Positions 18,723 to 29,063 of a stretch of 64,000 nucleotides of DNA are shown here, in pieces. Numbering within the stretch: the first letter of the stretch is position 1; every line of letters starts with the position of its first letter. The position numbers and the translations under genes were made by a program. The notes below the pieces were generated by a model, which ran no database searches, had not been told where the DNA came from, and was given only the letters and a program-made list of their open reading frames with translations. Origin of the DNA: an uncultured Solirubrobacterales bacterium (GTDB lineage Bacteria > Actinomycetota > Thermoleophilia > Solirubrobacterales > 70-9); contig CAWIOM010000010.1 of NCBI GenBank assembly GCA_963837735.1, forward strand, positions 210,917 to 274,916, given 5' to 3'.

Positions 18723-19547
18723 TCAGCGGCCCTGGAACTCCGCCTTGTCGCCGCCGAAGAAGGCCTCGACGCCGGACCGCAGGTCCTCGGTCGCCATGCT
18801 GTCGGCGATCCCGTGGCGCTCGAGCTGCAGGTGCTCGGTGAGGCTGTTCTCGATGCTCACCCCGGTCAGCTTTTTCGCCATCCGCACGTAGAAGGGGGCC
18901 TTGGCCGCCAACTGCTCGGCCCGCTCGCGGGCCGAGTCCATCAGCGCCTCCGGAGCAACCACGTCGGTGACGATGCGCTCGGCAAGGGCGTCGGCGGGCG
19001 TCATGTTCGGATCCTCGAGCAGCAGCTCCAGCGCCCGGCTCGGGCCGACGATGCGAGGCAGGAAGTAGGTCATTCCGCCGTCCGGCGAGGCGCCGATCCG
19101 CCCGTAGGCGCAGGCGAAGAAGGCGCTCTCGGAGGCGATCCGCGTGTCGCAGGCAAGCGCCAGCGAGAAGCCGGCGCCGGCGGCAGGCCCGTTGACGGCA
19201 GCGATCACCGGGAACGGGATCCGCCGCAGGTCGACGATCGCCTGGTGCAGAGCCTCGGCGCCGCGACGCACCTCGGAGGGGAGGTCGATCTCATCGGACT
19301 GGACGCCGTCCTTGAAGGTATTGACGTCGCCGCCCGCGCAGAACGCCTTGCCGGACCCGGTGACGATCAGTCCCCGCAGGCCTGAGCGGTCGGCGAGCCA
19401 GGCGAAGATCGTCGTCATCTCGAGGATCATCTGCGGGCTCATCGCGTTGAAGGCGTCGGGCCGGTCGAGGGTGAGCGTGCCGATTTCACCGTCGATCTCG
19501 AGCTTCATCGTCTCCATCTCGGGCGGGCTCAGGGTCTGGGTGCTCAT
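18723..19547 (-). CDS. enoyl-CoA hydratase/isomerase (crotonase) family protein
   Basis: 274-aa ORF with LDRPDAFNAMS, GSGKAFCAGGDV and AAVNGPAAGAGFSLALACD. Confidence 0.85.
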   Translation of the reverse strand: MSTQTLSPPEMETMKLEIDGEIGTLTLDRPDAFNAMSPQMILEMTTIFAWLADRSGLRGLIVTGSGKAFCAGGDVNTFKDGVQSDEIDLPSEVRRGAEALHQAIVDLRRIPFPVIAAVNGPAAGAGFSLALACDTRIASESAFFACAYGRIGASPDGGMTYFLPRIVGPSRALELLLEDPNMTPADALAERIVTDVVAPEALMDSARERAEQLAAKAPFYVRMAKKLTGVSIENSLTEHLQLERHGIADSMATEDLRSGVEAFFGGDKAEFQGR

Positions 19548-19549
19548 TC

Positions 19550-21499
19550 GTGCGCTCTCTCCGTCTCTGGGTGAAGGTTTGGCCGAGTGGCCCGGAGCCT
19601 ACTCTTTGGTCGGTGACCGACGACGAGACCGAGAACGACGCCCGCCGCGCCGAGCGGGTCGCCCAGCAGCGCCGCGAGCTGCCCGACTCGGCGGGTGTCT
19701 ACCTCTTCTACGACAGCGCGGGCGAGCTTCTCTACGTCGGCAAGGCGCGCTCGATCCGCAAGCGCGTCGCCTCTCACTTCTCCGGCGGCGAGACCCGGCT
19801 CACCTCGCGGGTCGACCGCTTCGACGTCCTCGTCACCGCCAACGAGGCGGAGGCGCTGCTCGCCGAGCAGAGCTTCATCAAGCGCCACCGGCCGCGCTTC
19901 AACATCCGCCTCCGCGACGACAAGTCCTATCCCTATGTCGCGGTCAGCCTCGACGAGGACTACCCGCGCGTCTACTTCACCCGCGAGAAGCATCGCTCCG
20001 GCCGCGCCTACTTCGGCCCCTTCTCGAGCGCCAAGCGGGTCCGCGAGACGCTCGACCTGCTCGGCAAGCTCTTCCAGTTCCGCACCTGCGAGGGCGTGGA
20101 GCCGGGCCGCCGCTCCGGCAACCCCTGCCTCGACTACTACATCAAGCGCTGCGGGGCCCCCTGCGTGGGCTACGTCAGCCGCGAGGAGTACCGGCGCAAC
20201 ATCGAGGCGATCGTCGACTTCCTCTCCGGCCGCTACCGGCAGGTCGAGGCCGGCGAGCAGGACAAGATGGACGAGGCCGCCGCCGCCCGCGAATTCGAGC
20301 GCGCCGCGATCCACCGCGACCGGCTGGCGGCGATCAAGTCCCTGTTCGAGCGCCAGCGGATCGCCGGCGGCACGGTCGGCACCGCCGACCTGATCGGCGT
20401 CGCCGCCGAGGGCGCCGACGCCAACGTCCAGGTCTTTCAGGTCCGCGACGGGATCCTCGCCGAGCGCCAGAGCTTCTATCTCGAGAACCAGGCGGAGCGC
20501 GACCTCGCCGAGGTCGCCGAGGAGTTCGTCGGCCAGTACTACTCGGCCTCTCCCTCGATCCCGAAGACGATCGTCGTCGGCCCCTACGTCAGCCGCGAGC
20601 GCGCCGAGCTGCTCGCCGAGGCGCTCGGCGAGCGCCGCGGCGCCCCGGTCGAGGTCCGGATCGCCGAGCGCGGCGACAAACGCCGCCTGCGCGAGCTCGC
20701 CGAGCGCAACGCGCGCCTCGCCCTCGACCAGGACAGGCTGCGCCGCGAGCACCGCCGCCAGCGCCGGGTCGAGTCGCTCGCCGACCTCCGCGACGCGCTC
20801 GGGATGGAGGAGCTGCCGGTGCGGATCGAGGGCTTCGACATCTCCAACATCGGCGGCGAGCACACCGTCGCCTCGATGGTCGTGTTCCAGGGAGGTGCGA
20901 CGAAGAAGGCCGACTACCGCCGCTTCCGCGTCCGCGGCGAGCGAGACTCGGGCCCCGACGACTTCGCCTCGATGGAAGAGGTTCTGGGCCGGCGCATGAG
21001 CCGCTACCTCGAGCAGGTCGACCTCTCGCCCCACGACGGCAAGCGCGACGAGAGCTTCGCGGCGCTGCCGGGACTGGTCGTGATCGACGGCGGCAAGGGC
21101 CAGCTGGCCGCTGGGACGCGCGTGCTGCGCCCGTTCATCGAGCGTGGAGTGACCGTGATCAGCCTCGCCAAGCGGCTCGAGGAGGTCTATGTGCCGGACC
21201 GCGCCGCGCCGATCGACCTGCCGGCCGACTCCGAGGCCTCGAAGCTCCTGCAACGGGTCCGCGACGAGGCCCATCGGTTCGCGATCGAGCACCACAGGGG
21301 CCGCCGCGACCGGGCGATGACGAGCTCGGTGCTCGACGAGCTCAAGGGCGTCGGCCCGGTCCGCAAGCGCGCCCTGCTCCAACACTTCGGGTCCCCGGAG
21401 CGGTTTCTGGCGGCGACCCGGGAGGAGCTCGAGGCGGTGCCCGACCTGCCTGGCAAAGTGGCTCGCGAGATCCACGAGCAGCTCAACCGGACGGGCTAG
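19550..21499 (+). CDS. uvrC: excinuclease ABC subunit C (alternative GTG start at 19613)
   Basis: GIY-YIG motif (GVYLFYDSAGELLYVGKARSIRKRV), UvrBC and Endo-V-like regions, and a C-terminal HhH. The ORF is uninterrupted. Confidence 0.95.
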   Translation: MRSLRLWVKVWPSGPEPTLWSVTDDETENDARRAERVAQQRRELPDSAGVYLFYDSAGELLYVGKARSIRKRVASHFSGGETRLTSRVDRFDVLVTANEAEALLAEQSFIKRHRPRFNIRLRDDKSYPYVAVSLDEDYPRVYFTREKHRSGRAYFGPFSSAKRVRETLDLLGKLFQFRTCEGVEPGRRSGNPCLDYYIKRCGAPCVGYVSREEYRRNIEAIVDFLSGRYRQVEAGEQDKMDEAAAAREFERAAIHRDRLAAIKSLFERQRIAGGTVGTADLIGVAAEGADANVQVFQVRDGILAERQSFYLENQAERDLAEVAEEFVGQYYSASPSIPKTIVVGPYVSRERAELLAEALGERRGAPVEVRIAERGDKRRLRELAERNARLALDQDRLRREHRRQRRVESLADLRDALGMEELPVRIEGFDISNIGGEHTVASMVVFQGGATKKADYRRFRVRGERDSGPDDFASMEEVLGRRMSRYLEQVDLSPHDGKRDESFAALPGLVVIDGGKGQLAAGTRVLRPFIERGVTVISLAKRLEEVYVPDRAAPIDLPADSEASKLLQRVRDEAHRFAIEHHRGRRDRAMTSSVLDELKGVGPVRKRALLQHFGSPERFLAATREELEAVPDLPGKVAREIHEQLNRTG

Positions 21500-21506
21500 G
21501 AGAGAG

Positions 21507-22394
21507 ATGGTGAACGGTCTCGAGAACGACGTCACGCTGGTCGTCATCACCGGCCACTCGGGAGCCGGCAAGTCGGAAGCGATCGCCGCCTTCGAGGACG
21601 GTGGCTACTTCTGCGTCGACAACCTGCCGCCGCGGATGCTGGGCGGCCTCGGCGAGCTCTTCCGCCTCCCCGGCAGCGGCGTCCAGCGCGCCGCGGTCGT
21701 GTCCGACGTCCGCGGCGGCGACTACTTCGACGACCTGCTTCAGGTCCTCGACGAGCTCGAGGCGGACGGGCTGAAGACGAAGGTGCTCTTCCTCGAGGCC
21801 GACGAGGAGACACTGGTCGACCGCTACAAGGAGACCCGCCGCCGTCATCCGCTCGCCGCCGAAGGCAGCATCACGGAGGGGATCCGGGCAGAGCGCGAGC
21901 TGCTCGGGCCGCTGCGCGAGCGCGCCGACATCGTGATCTCGACCAGCGACCTGACCGGCGCGATGCTGAGGCGGCGGATCGGCGAGGAGCTGCTCGGCCA
22001 GGAGGGCGCGCCGAAGCTCGCCCTCACCCTGCTCACCTTCGGCTTCAAGAACGGCCCGCCACGCGACGCCGATCTCACTCTCGACGTCCGTTTCCTGCCC
22101 AACCCGCACTACGTCGACGAGCTGCGGCCGCTGACCGGGCACGACCTCGCGGTGCGCGAATACGTCGAGTCGGGGACGCAGGCGGGCGAGTTCTACGGGC
22201 GGCTGCTGCCGCTGCTCGAATTCCTCGTCCCCGCCTACGTCGCCGAGGGAAAGAGCCACCTGACGATCGCGATCGGGTGCACCGGCGGGCGCCATCGCTC
22301 GGTGACCGTCGCCGACCGCATCCGGCGCGATCTCGAAGGCCGCGAGGACGTCGTCGTCAGGGTCAAGCACCGCGACGCCGGCCTGGAATCGTAA
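21507..22394 (+). CDS. rapZ: RNase adapter / nucleotide-binding protein RapZ (YvcJ)
   Basis: VVITGHSGAGKSEAIAAFEDGGYFCVDNLPP and the C-terminal GCTGGRHRSV motif. Confidence 0.9.
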   Translation: MVNGLENDVTLVVITGHSGAGKSEAIAAFEDGGYFCVDNLPPRMLGGLGELFRLPGSGVQRAAVVSDVRGGDYFDDLLQVLDELEADGLKTKVLFLEADEETLVDRYKETRRRHPLAAEGSITEGIRAERELLGPLRERADIVISTSDLTGAMLRRRIGEELLGQEGAPKLALTLLTFGFKNGPPRDADLTLDVRFLPNPHYVDELRPLTGHDLAVREYVESGTQAGEFYGRLLPLLEFLVPAYVAEGKSHLTIAIGCTGGRHRSVTVADRIRRDLEGREDVVVRVKHRDAGLES

Positions 22395-22408
22395 GAATCC
22401 AGGCCGCG

Positions 22409-23281
22409 ATGCCCGAAGACACCCAGCCAGTCATCACCGTTAGCGGCCTGCGCAAGGAGTACGGCGACCTCGAGGCCGTGCGCGGAATCGACCTCGAGGT
22501 CCGTCGCGGCGAGGTGTTCGCCTTCCTCGGCCCCAACGGTGCCGGCAAGACGACGACGGTCGAGATCCTCGAGGGCTACCGGGAGCGCAGCAGCGGCGAG
22601 GTCTCGGTGCTCGGCGAGGACCCGGAGCGCGCCGGCCGCGGCTGGCGGGAGCGGATCGGGATCGTCCTGCAGAGCTGCCGCCTCGATCCGTACCTGACGG
22701 TGGCCGAGTCGCTCGCGCTGTTTGCGGGCTATTACCGCTCGCCGCGCCCGGTCGACGAGGTGATCGAGGCGGTCGGGCTCGAGGGCAAGGCGGCCACGCG
22801 GACAGGCAAGCTCTCCGGCGGCCAGCAGCGCCGGCTCGACGTCGGCCTCGCCCTGGTCGGCGACCCCGAGCTGCTCTTCCTCGACGAGCCGACCACCGGG
22901 TTCGACCCCTCGGCCCGCCGTCACGCGTGGGAGGCGATCTCCGGCCTGCGGGCGCTCGGCAAGACCGTCTTCCTGACCACCCACTACATGGACGAGGCGC
23001 AGCGCCTCGCCGACCGGGTGGCGGTGATCGCCGGCGGCGAGGTCGTGGCTCGGGGGACGCCCGAGGACCTCGGCGACCGCGACAGCCAGCCGGCGACGAT
23101 CTCCTACCGTCTCGACGGCGAGGAGGTCAGGGTCGAGACGGCGACCCCGGTGAGGGCCCTCAACGAGCTCACCGGCCGGGCGCTCGCCGAGGGCCTGGAG
23201 CTCGAGAACCTCGAAGTCAGCCGGCCCAGCCTCGAGGACGTCTACCTCGAACTGACCGCGGCGGAGGCCGACCCGGGATGA
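22409..23281 (+). CDS. ABC transporter ATP-binding protein (ABC-2/DrrA-like exporter)
   Basis: Walker A GPNGAGKTTT, signature LSGGQQRRL and Walker B LLFLDEPT. Confidence 0.9.
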   Translation: MPEDTQPVITVSGLRKEYGDLEAVRGIDLEVRRGEVFAFLGPNGAGKTTTVEILEGYRERSSGEVSVLGEDPERAGRGWRERIGIVLQSCRLDPYLTVAESLALFAGYYRSPRPVDEVIEAVGLEGKAATRTGKLSGGQQRRLDVGLALVGDPELLFLDEPTTGFDPSARRHAWEAISGLRALGKTVFLTTHYMDEAQRLADRVAVIAGGEVVARGTPEDLGDRDSQPATISYRLDGEEVRVETATPVRALNELTGRALAEGLELENLEVSRPSLEDVYLELTAAEADPG

Positions 23282-24039
23282 GCCTTCTCCTCCACCAGCT
23301 GCGCTACGACCAGAAGGTCTTCTGGCGCAACCCGCCCGCGGTCTTCTTCACCGTCATGTTCCCCGTTCTGCTGCTCGTCATCTTCTCGGCGATATTCGGA
23401 GACAAGACGATCGGCGGCAAGGGCGGGATCAAGGTCACCACCTACTACGTTCCGGCGATCATCACCCTGGCGGTCGTCTCGGCGACGATGCAGACGCTGG
23501 CGATGTCGCTGGTTATCGCCCGCGAGGACGGCCGCCTCAAGCGTGGGCGGGGGACTCCGATGCCCGCCTGGGTGTTCATCGCCGGGCGGATCGGCAACTC
23601 GGTGGTCGTCGCCGTCGTCATGCTCGCCCTGGTGTCAGGGCTCGGCAGGCTCCTCTACGGCGTCCCGATCCCCTGGCGCCAGGCACCGGACCTGCTCGTC
23701 GTCCTCGCCGTCGGCGCGGCCTCCTTCTGCTGCCTGGGCATCGCCCTGACCGCGCTGATCCCCTCGCAGGACGCGGCGGCGCCGATCGTCAACGCGATGC
23801 TGCTGCCGCTCTATTTCCTCTCTGGCGTCTTCGTCCCCGAAGACGAGCTCCCCAGCGGCGTCATCGACTTCGCCAACCACTTTCCGATCCGCCCCTTCTT
23901 CCAGGCGGTCTACGACGCCTACCTGCCGGGCGGCGGGCCGGCACTCGCCTGGGATCATCTGGCCGCGGTCGCGATCTGGGGCGTGGCCGGCCTGATCCTC
24001 GCGATTCGCTTCTTCCGCTGGACCCCCCGCGGCGGCTGA
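23278..24039 (+). CDS. ABC-2 type transporter permease
   Basis: An ATGA overlap joins it to the ATPase gene. Six hydrophobic segments. Confidence 0.8.
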   Translation: MSLLLHQLRYDQKVFWRNPPAVFFTVMFPVLLLVIFSAIFGDKTIGGKGGIKVTTYYVPAIITLAVVSATMQTLAMSLVIAREDGRLKRGRGTPMPAWVFIAGRIGNSVVVAVVMLALVSGLGRLLYGVPIPWRQAPDLLVVLAVGAASFCCLGIALTALIPSQDAAAPIVNAMLLPLYFLSGVFVPEDELPSGVIDFANHFPIRPFFQAVYDAYLPGGGPALAWDHLAAVAIWGVAGLILAIRFFRWTPRGG

Positions 24040-24090
24040 GCCGCACCCGCCCGACTTTCCGCGTCACGCACATATAGCCTCTCGCCCCCG

Positions 24091-24450
24091 ATGTTGCACC
24101 ACGTTCTCCTGGAGGTCTCCGACCTTGAGCGGAGCGCCTCGTTCTACGACGCGCTGCTCGCGCCCCTTGGCTGGCGGCGCCATTTCGAGGAGGACGGAAC
24201 GATCGGATGGGGCATCGCCAAGCCGGTCTTCTTCATCGCCGACCACCATGACCCCAAGCCCGGTTTCGGATTGCTGTCGTTCTCAGGCCTTGGAATCGTC
24301 GCGGTCAAGGCATCGTGGGAACAGGGCGTCGGGGCGGGCGGCACCAGCGTCTCCGAGCCGGGTGAAACCCGCTCCTACGGCTCCGGCTCCTACTCGGCCT
24401 TCCTCAAGGATCCGGACGGGTACGAGATCGAAGTCACGATCGGCGAGTAG
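24091..24450 (+). CDS. VOC/glyoxalase-family protein
   Basis: MLHHVLLEVSDLERSASFYDALLAPLGW...FLKDPDGYEIEV. Confidence 0.75.
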   Translation: MLHHVLLEVSDLERSASFYDALLAPLGWRRHFEEDGTIGWGIAKPVFFIADHHDPKPGFGLLSFSGLGIVAVKASWEQGVGAGGTSVSEPGETRSYGSGSYSAFLKDPDGYEIEVTIGE

Positions 24451-24479
24451 CGGTCACTAGCATCGACATGCCAAGCTAA

Positions 24480-25505
<1,026 letters not shown>

Positions 25506-25559
25506 AACACCAAACGCCGAGCGGGCCAATCGCCACGATTCGAATACCCGGAGACCACC

Positions 25560-26768
25560 GTGACGACTGACCCGCTCGGCGGCGGCTTCTCCAAGGCAAG
25601 TGTCCGGGATGCCGAGCCGGCGGGTCGTCGGGTGCTCGTCCGCGTCGACTTCAACGTCCCGCTGGAGGGCGGGCGAGTCGCCGACGACACCCGCATCCGG
25701 GCGGCGCTGCCGACGATCGAACTGCTGCGCGAGAGCGGCGCCGCGGTCGTCCTCATCTCCCACCTCGGCAGGCCGGGCGGCAAGGTCGACCCGGCGCTCT
25801 CGATGCGGCCCGTCGGCGACCGCCTGGCCGAACTGCTGGGCGTCGAGGTGCGCCGGGCGCCGGCCGTGGTCGGCTCAGAGGTCGAGGCGATGGCACGGGC
25901 GCTCGGGCCCGGCGAGGTGCTGCTGCTCGAGAACGCCCGCTTCGAGCCGGGGGAGACCGGGAACGACCCGGGTCTGGCCGAAGCGCTCGCCGGGCTGGCG
26001 GACCTCTACGTGAACGACGCCTTCGGCGCCGCGCACCGGGCCCACGCCAGCACCGAGGGAGTGGCCCACATCCTTCCCGCTTACGCCGGCCTGCTGCTCG
26101 AGCGCGAGGTGACCGAACTGACCCGCGTCGTCGAATCGCCCGAGCGGCCGCTGGTCGTCGTTCTCGGCGGCTCCAAGGTCACCGACAAGATCGGCGTCAT
26201 CGACCGTTTTCTGGATATCGCCGACCGGATCGCGATCGGCGGCGCGATGGCCTTCAGCTTCTTCAGGGCGCAGGGGATCCCGACCGGCGACTCGCTGGTC
26301 GAGGAGGAGGGCGTGAAGCTTGCCGAGGCGGCGCTGGCCCGGGCCGGCGAGGGTGGCTGCGAGCTCGACCTGCCGGTCGACCTCGTCCTCGGCAGGAGCT
26401 TCGATGCCGACACCGAGGTGCGCGACGGCGACGGGGTGGCCGTCCCCGACGGCTGGATGGGCCTCGATATCGGCCCGGGCACCGCCGCCGGCTACGCGGC
26501 TGCGATCGCCGCCGCCGGGACGATTCTCTGGAACGGCCCGATGGGCGCCTTCGAGCTCGAGCCCTTCGCCGCCGGCACCCGCACGGTTGCCGAGGCGGTG
26601 GCGGCGGCGGCGGGGACGACGGTTCTCGGCGGCGGCGACTCGGTCGCCGCGATGCAGCAGTTCGGGCTCGGTGAGAAGGTGGACTGGCTGTCGACAGGAG
26701 GAGGAGCGTCGTTGGAGCTGTTGGAGGGAAAGAAGCTGCCGGGAGTGGAGGCTCTTCTCGATGCCTGA
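25560..26768 (+). CDS. pgk: phosphoglycerate kinase
   Basis: GTG start. Motifs: RVDFNVPL, ISHLGRP and GGGDS. Confidence 0.97.
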   Translation: MTTDPLGGGFSKASVRDAEPAGRRVLVRVDFNVPLEGGRVADDTRIRAALPTIELLRESGAAVVLISHLGRPGGKVDPALSMRPVGDRLAELLGVEVRRAPAVVGSEVEAMARALGPGEVLLLENARFEPGETGNDPGLAEALAGLADLYVNDAFGAAHRAHASTEGVAHILPAYAGLLLEREVTELTRVVESPERPLVVVLGGSKVTDKIGVIDRFLDIADRIAIGGAMAFSFFRAQGIPTGDSLVEEEGVKLAEAALARAGEGGCELDLPVDLVLGRSFDADTEVRDGDGVAVPDGWMGLDIGPGTAAGYAAAIAAAGTILWNGPMGAFELEPFAAGTRTVAEAVAAAAGTTVLGGGDSVAAMQQFGLGEKVDWLSTGGGASLELLEGKKLPGVEALLDA

Positions 26769-27519
26769 GCGCCCGCGCACGCCCTACCTGGCCGCCAACT
26801 GGAAGATGCACAAGACGGTCGCCGAGGCGGCCGCGTACGTCGATGCGCTGCTTCCGCGGATTGCCGCGACCCAGCACGATGTCGTCATCTGCCCGCCCTT
26901 CACGGCGCTCGGCGCGGTGGTCGAGCGGCGCTACGGGACGGCCGTAAGGGTCGCCGCGCAGAACATGCACGAGGACGATTCCGGCGCCTTCACCGGCGAG
27001 GTCTCGGCCCAGATGTTGGTCGAGCTCGACGTCGAGGCGGTGATCCTTGGCCACTCCGAGCGGCGCCTGTACTTCGGCGAGACCGACGAGGCGCTGGCCC
27101 GTAAGGTCCCGGCCGCCCTCGCCGCCGGCCTCGAGCCGATCCTCTGCGTCGGCGAGAGCGAGGAGGCGCGCGACGGCGGCCGGACCGAGGCCGTGCTCGA
27201 CGCCCAGCTGCAGGCCGACCTCGCTGAGGTCGCCACGGCCGACCTGGCTCGGGTGGTGATCGCCTACGAGCCGATCTGGGCGATCGGAACCGGCCGCACC
27301 GCGAGCCCGGAGCAGGCCGAGGAGGCGATCGGGTTCATCCGCGAGGTGGTCCGGCAGCGCGGCGCGGCGGCCGACGAGTTGCGGATCCTCTACGGCGGCT
27401 CGGTGAAGCCGGGCAACGCCGCCGAGCTGCTCGGCCGCGAGCAGATCGACGGTGCGCTGGTCGGCGGCGCCGCCCTGGACCCTGACGACTTCGCCGCGAT
27501 CGTCGAGGCCGCGGGCTAG
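26761..27519 (+). CDS. tpiA: triose-phosphate isomerase
   Basis: ATG at 26761 overlaps the pgk end by 8 nt. Motifs: ANWKMHKT, GHSERR, AYEPIWAIGTG and YGGSV. Confidence 0.95.
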   Translation: MPERPRTPYLAANWKMHKTVAEAAAYVDALLPRIAATQHDVVICPPFTALGAVVERRYGTAVRVAAQNMHEDDSGAFTGEVSAQMLVELDVEAVILGHSERRLYFGETDEALARKVPAALAAGLEPILCVGESEEARDGGRTEAVLDAQLQADLAEVATADLARVVIAYEPIWAIGTGRTASPEQAEEAIGFIREVVRQRGAAADELRILYGGSVKPGNAAELLGREQIDGALVGGAALDPDDFAAIVEAAG

Positions 27520-27524
27520 GCGCC

Positions 27525-29063
27525 GTGGCGGAGGAGCTGAACGTGGCCGGCCCGCACGTGCCCTCGGTCGCCCTCGTCATTCTCGACGGCTGGGGCCTCG
27601 CCGAGGCCGGCCCGGGCAACGCAATATCGCTTGCCGAGACACCCGTCTTCGACGATCTCTGGACGCGCTTTCCCCACACCCAGCTCTCCGCACAGGGCCG
27701 CGACGTCGGCCTCCCGGACGGCCAGATGGGCAACTCGGAGGTAGGCCATCTCAATCTCGGTGCCGGGGCGATCGTCAAGCAGGATCTGGCCCGGATCGAC
27801 GACTCGATCGCCGACGGCTCCTTCTTCGACAATGAGGTCCTGCTCGAGGCCTGCGCCCGCGCCCGGCGCAGCCCGCGCGGCCGCCTCCACCTGTTGGGCC
27901 TGGTCTCCGACGGGGGCGTCCACTCCGGCTGGGACCACATCGAGGCGGTGATCGAGCTCGCCTCCCAGGAGGGGGTGCCCGACGTCGTCTTCCACGCCTT
28001 CACGGACGGGCGCGACACGCTTCCCCACGGCGGCCGCGAGTACCTGGGCCGGCTCGAACGATGGCTGCGGCAGGCGGGCCGGATCGCGACCGTCAGCGGC
28101 CGCTACTACGCGATGGACCGCGACACGCGATGGGAGCGGACCAAGCTCGCCTACGACGCGATCGTCCACGGCCAGGGCCTGCGCGCCGACAGCGCCCCGG
28201 ACGCGATCGAGTCCTCCTACGTCCGCGACGAGACCGACGAGTTCGTCAGGCCGACGGTGATCGGCGACTACGACGGCGCGGCTGCCGGCGACGTCGCCGT
28301 CTTCGTCAACTTCCGTCCCGACCGGGCGCGGCAGATGACCCGGGCGCTTGCCGACCCCGACTTCGACGAGTTCCCGCGCGCCGGCGGCCCGCTCCTCGAC
28401 CTGACGACGATGGCCTCCTACCGCAAGGGCTGGCCATACCCCGTCGCCTTCCCCGAGGCACGGCCCAGCACGACGCTCGCCGAGGTGGTCTCCGAGGCCG
28501 GCGGTCGCCAGCTCCACGTCGCCGAGACCGAGAAGTACGCCCATGTCACCTACTTCTTCAACGGTGGCCGCGAGCAGGAGTGGGAGGGCGAGGAGCGCAG
28601 CCTGGTCGACTCGCCGCGCGATGTGCCCACCTACGACCACAGGCCGGAGATGAGCGCCCGCGCCGCCGCCGCCGCCTTCACCGGGCCCTGGTCGGAGGGT
28701 GGCTACCGCTTCGGGATCATCAACTTCGCCAACCCCGACATGGTCGGGCACACGGGCGTCATCCCCGCTGCGGTCGAGGCGGTCGAGGCGGTCGACTCCT
28801 GCCTCGGCGAGGTCGTCGCCGCGGTCGAGGCCCAGGGCGGCGCCTGCATCGTCACCGCCGATCACGGCAACTGCGACCACATGCTCGAGCCCGACGGCTC
28901 CCCCAACACCGCCCACTCGCTCAACCCCGTGCCCCTGATCGTCACCGTCGAGGGCCTCGCCCTGCGCGACCGCGGCATCCTCGCCGACGTCGCTCCCACC
29001 GTCCTCGATCTCCTCGGCATCGCCCAGCCCGAGGCGATGACCGGCAGGTCGCTGATCGAATGA
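27525..29063 (+). CDS. gpmI: 2,3-bisphosphoglycerate-independent phosphoglycerate mutase
   Basis: ILDGWG, SEVGHLNLGAG and TADHGN, across the full length. Confidence 0.95.
   Translation: MAEELNVAGPHVPSVALVILDGWGLAEAGPGNAISLAETPVFDDLWTRFPHTQLSAQGRDVGLPDGQMGNSEVGHLNLGAGAIVKQDLARIDDSIADGSFFDNEVLLEACARARRSPRGRLHLLGLVSDGGVHSGWDHIEAVIELASQEGVPDVVFHAFTDGRDTLPHGGREYLGRLERWLRQAGRIATVSGRYYAMDRDTRWERTKLAYDAIVHGQGLRADSAPDAIESSYVRDETDEFVRPTVIGDYDGAAAGDVAVFVNFRPDRARQMTRALADPDFDEFPRAGGPLLDLTTMASYRKGWPYPVAFPEARPSTTLAEVVSEAGGRQLHVAETEKYAHVTYFFNGGREQEWEGEERSLVDSPRDVPTYDHRPEMSARAAAAAFTGPWSEGGYRFGIINFANPDMVGHTGVIPAAVEAVEAVDSCLGEVVAAVEAQGGACIVTADHGNCDHMLEPDGSPNTAHSLNPVPLIVTVEGLALRDRGILADVAPTVLDLLGIAQPEAMTGRSLIE

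Noticed and set aside
22409-24039. The ABC ATPase/permease pair considered as the missing ccmA/ccmB.
   Set aside because: The permease looks like a generic ABC-2 (DrrB-like) protein. The pair lies 12 kb from the ccm genes inside the rapZ-gap interval, and nothing specific to CcmB is recognisable.
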